Assembly: GCA_964247055.1 (NCBI GenBank)
Contig: OZ176052.1
Location: forward strand, 7,874,001 to 7,938,000
Reading direction: 5' to 3'
Origin: Paragordius varius
Taxonomy: Eukaryota > Animalia > Nematomorpha
DNA: 64,000 nucleotides
Of the stretch, positions 62,040 through 64,000 are shown piece by piece. Under the pieces are notes generated by a model that ran no database searches, was not told the origin of the DNA, and saw only the letters and a program-made list of their open reading frames with translations. Within the stretch, counting starts at the first letter, position 1. Every line of letters begins with the position of its first letter. The position numbers and the translations under genes are program-made.

Positions 62040-64000
62040 CAGGGGTGTCCAACATTGTCTTGAACATCATATTCGACCCGCGAAATTTGTAAAATTATAC
62101 TTGAAAAATCCTAATATTGTTCACACAAATATTCTGAATAAATCTATCCAATAGGCAAGAATATGAAGAAATAATTACAAATCTCCACATATATATTTCA
62201 ATGCGGCACGCCTGTTTTTTCAACTTAAAAATGTTACCCACTTCTAAAACATATAACGCTGCGGGTATTGCAGGAATATAGATGCTAAAACTATCATATT
62301 AAATATTTACAAATATTAATTAATAGGCTACGTAGGCATTATCCAGTGTTATAAAAGAATAATTGTCTTTTTAAAAATAGTCGTTGAATTTTTGTTTTAT
62401 CCGTATAATAATAATTTTGTTATAAAATTGAAAAATAATGTGCACAAAATCGGGGGGTAACAGAAAACACAAAGGAATTATATGTGAAATATATCAGAAT
62501 TATTATGGTACTTTTAGTTTTAAGCCTTTTAGCAAAATTAGCGCCTATTATATCAATAATTTTGGTAAAAATTAAATGGTTCTAACCAAAAAATATCATT
62601 TATTCTATCATAAACAATAATTAAGAAGCTAAACAATTTTCATAAATTTAATATTTAAAATTTAGGTTCCAAACTCGAAAATATTTTGTTAAAGCGTATT
62701 TCCTGCAATTTCAAGCATGGCGTAATTGGCATAATACGCTTTAAAATACTATAAATTAATTTTCTTATATAATTTGATAGATTTTGATTAAAAAATTCTT
62801 TTTTTTTCATTTAACGTTGATTATATATTTTATTTATATTTGACAAATTTGGCGCATATTTTTATCTATTTGCAATCTAGCATATTTTAAATGCTTATCG
62901 CGCAATCTCGGCTTTTCAATTTTAAGAAAACCAGATTTAAAGGAAGGCACTAATTTGCGACTTTTCCACAAAAATTTTTTAATTTTAAATTAATATAGGT
63001 TTGATTTTTAAATTTTTCTGCCACTCAATTTTGCATTTTCTGATATGAAGTATCATTTTAACAGCAAATCTAAATTAAAATCTAAATTATACCTAAGAAT
63101 TTTTATAATTTTTTTTATAAATATGTACCCTCTTCAAAATTTTACTAAAATATTTTTTTTGAAAATACAACAAATGTCCATTTATAATTTATTATTAGAA
63201 AGAGTAATAAAAACTCTAAAAAATTTATAGCTAATATATTTTGCATCGTAATTTAATATTGAAGAAGCGACAAACTCGCCAAGCAGGAGCGTTTTTGCAA
63301 ATAAATATATTTTTAAAAGGGATGCATGAAATAGCTCATACTTTGTGTAGATACAATGAATGTCTAAATAACACAAGAAAGTTTTTTTTGATAAAAACAC
63401 TTATTTATTGCTTTATGTCATTCAAAACAGTTTAGGTTTATATTTTAAATAATTACCACTTCATCAATATGAATTATTTTCTTTGAGAGGCTTATAATTT
63501 AAAATATCCAAAAACTATTAGATTAATGCATTCTTGATTTTTTCTAACCATTTTGTACTAAACTTTGCATTTTAATATCAACTATAATTATTAGTAAATA
63601 TAGATTTTTTATAAAAAAGTAAACCAAAAGCTTTTTCAAATATTTCTTTTTATTGTATACTAATGCAAACCAGAGGCGTAGTTTACATTTCTGACGCCGC
63701 GTGCATGAATTCGTAAGGGCGCTCCCTCTACTTAACCCCTTGCATTTTAAAAAAAATATTATATTTAGAGCGGGATGAAATGTGGTCCGTCAAAAATAGA
63801 AACGCGTGAAAAAAATGCACATTCAACCCCTTCCTTTGAAAACGACGGCTTGCTTAGCAAATGTATCAGTAATAATAAAATAATATTAGTTTCTGCGCGA
63901 AAAGTTTGACTTAGTTAAATATAGATGTTGTATAAAAGCAGATTCAAACTGCATATGCGTGGCCCGACCCAATTTTTTTTGAATAATGGCTTGCGTCCGA
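62040..64000 (+). mobile_element. Probable hAT element left end, running off the window, with nested repeats
   Basis: CAGGGGTGTCCAAC terminus with left flank TTCTAAAC (nnnTAnnn). GTGGCCCG subterminal-like motif near 63960. The right TIR is not in the window. Confidence 0.45.

Noticed and set aside
1-64000. CRISPR arrays, tRNA and rRNA genes
   Set aside because: No repeat-spacer arrays, cloverleafs or extended rRNA matches were seen. The window is eukaryotic.

Overview
This is a very AT-rich animal genomic window (roughly three-quarters A+T by eye; the species cannot be identified from sequence alone). It holds five recognisable genes: an intronless LRAT/PLAAT-family gene (-), ALG8 (-, 8 exons), a pyroglutamyl-peptidase I gene (+, 3 exons, one in-frame TAA), an intronless 806-aa Kruppel-like factor (-) and RPS3A (-, 7 exons). 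The rest is mostly transposon debris: Helitron-like arrays, hAT elements with 8-bp TSDs, mariner, Penelope and RTE-like LINE remnants, TTAA-flanked MITEs and a ~167-bp tandem array. The main result is that 7 of the 15 introns I could reconstruct are only 23-29 nt long. All seven must be spliced to keep the conserved reading frame, and all three whose length is a multiple of 3 carry an in-frame stop. They sit beside ordinary 67-545 nt introns in a genome that is not compact. The second highlight is a box C/D RNA in the last RPS3A intron whose D' guide fits 2'-O-methylation of U2 snRNA G11. All gene models and alignments were worked out by eye. TE boundaries without TIR/TSD support are approximate.
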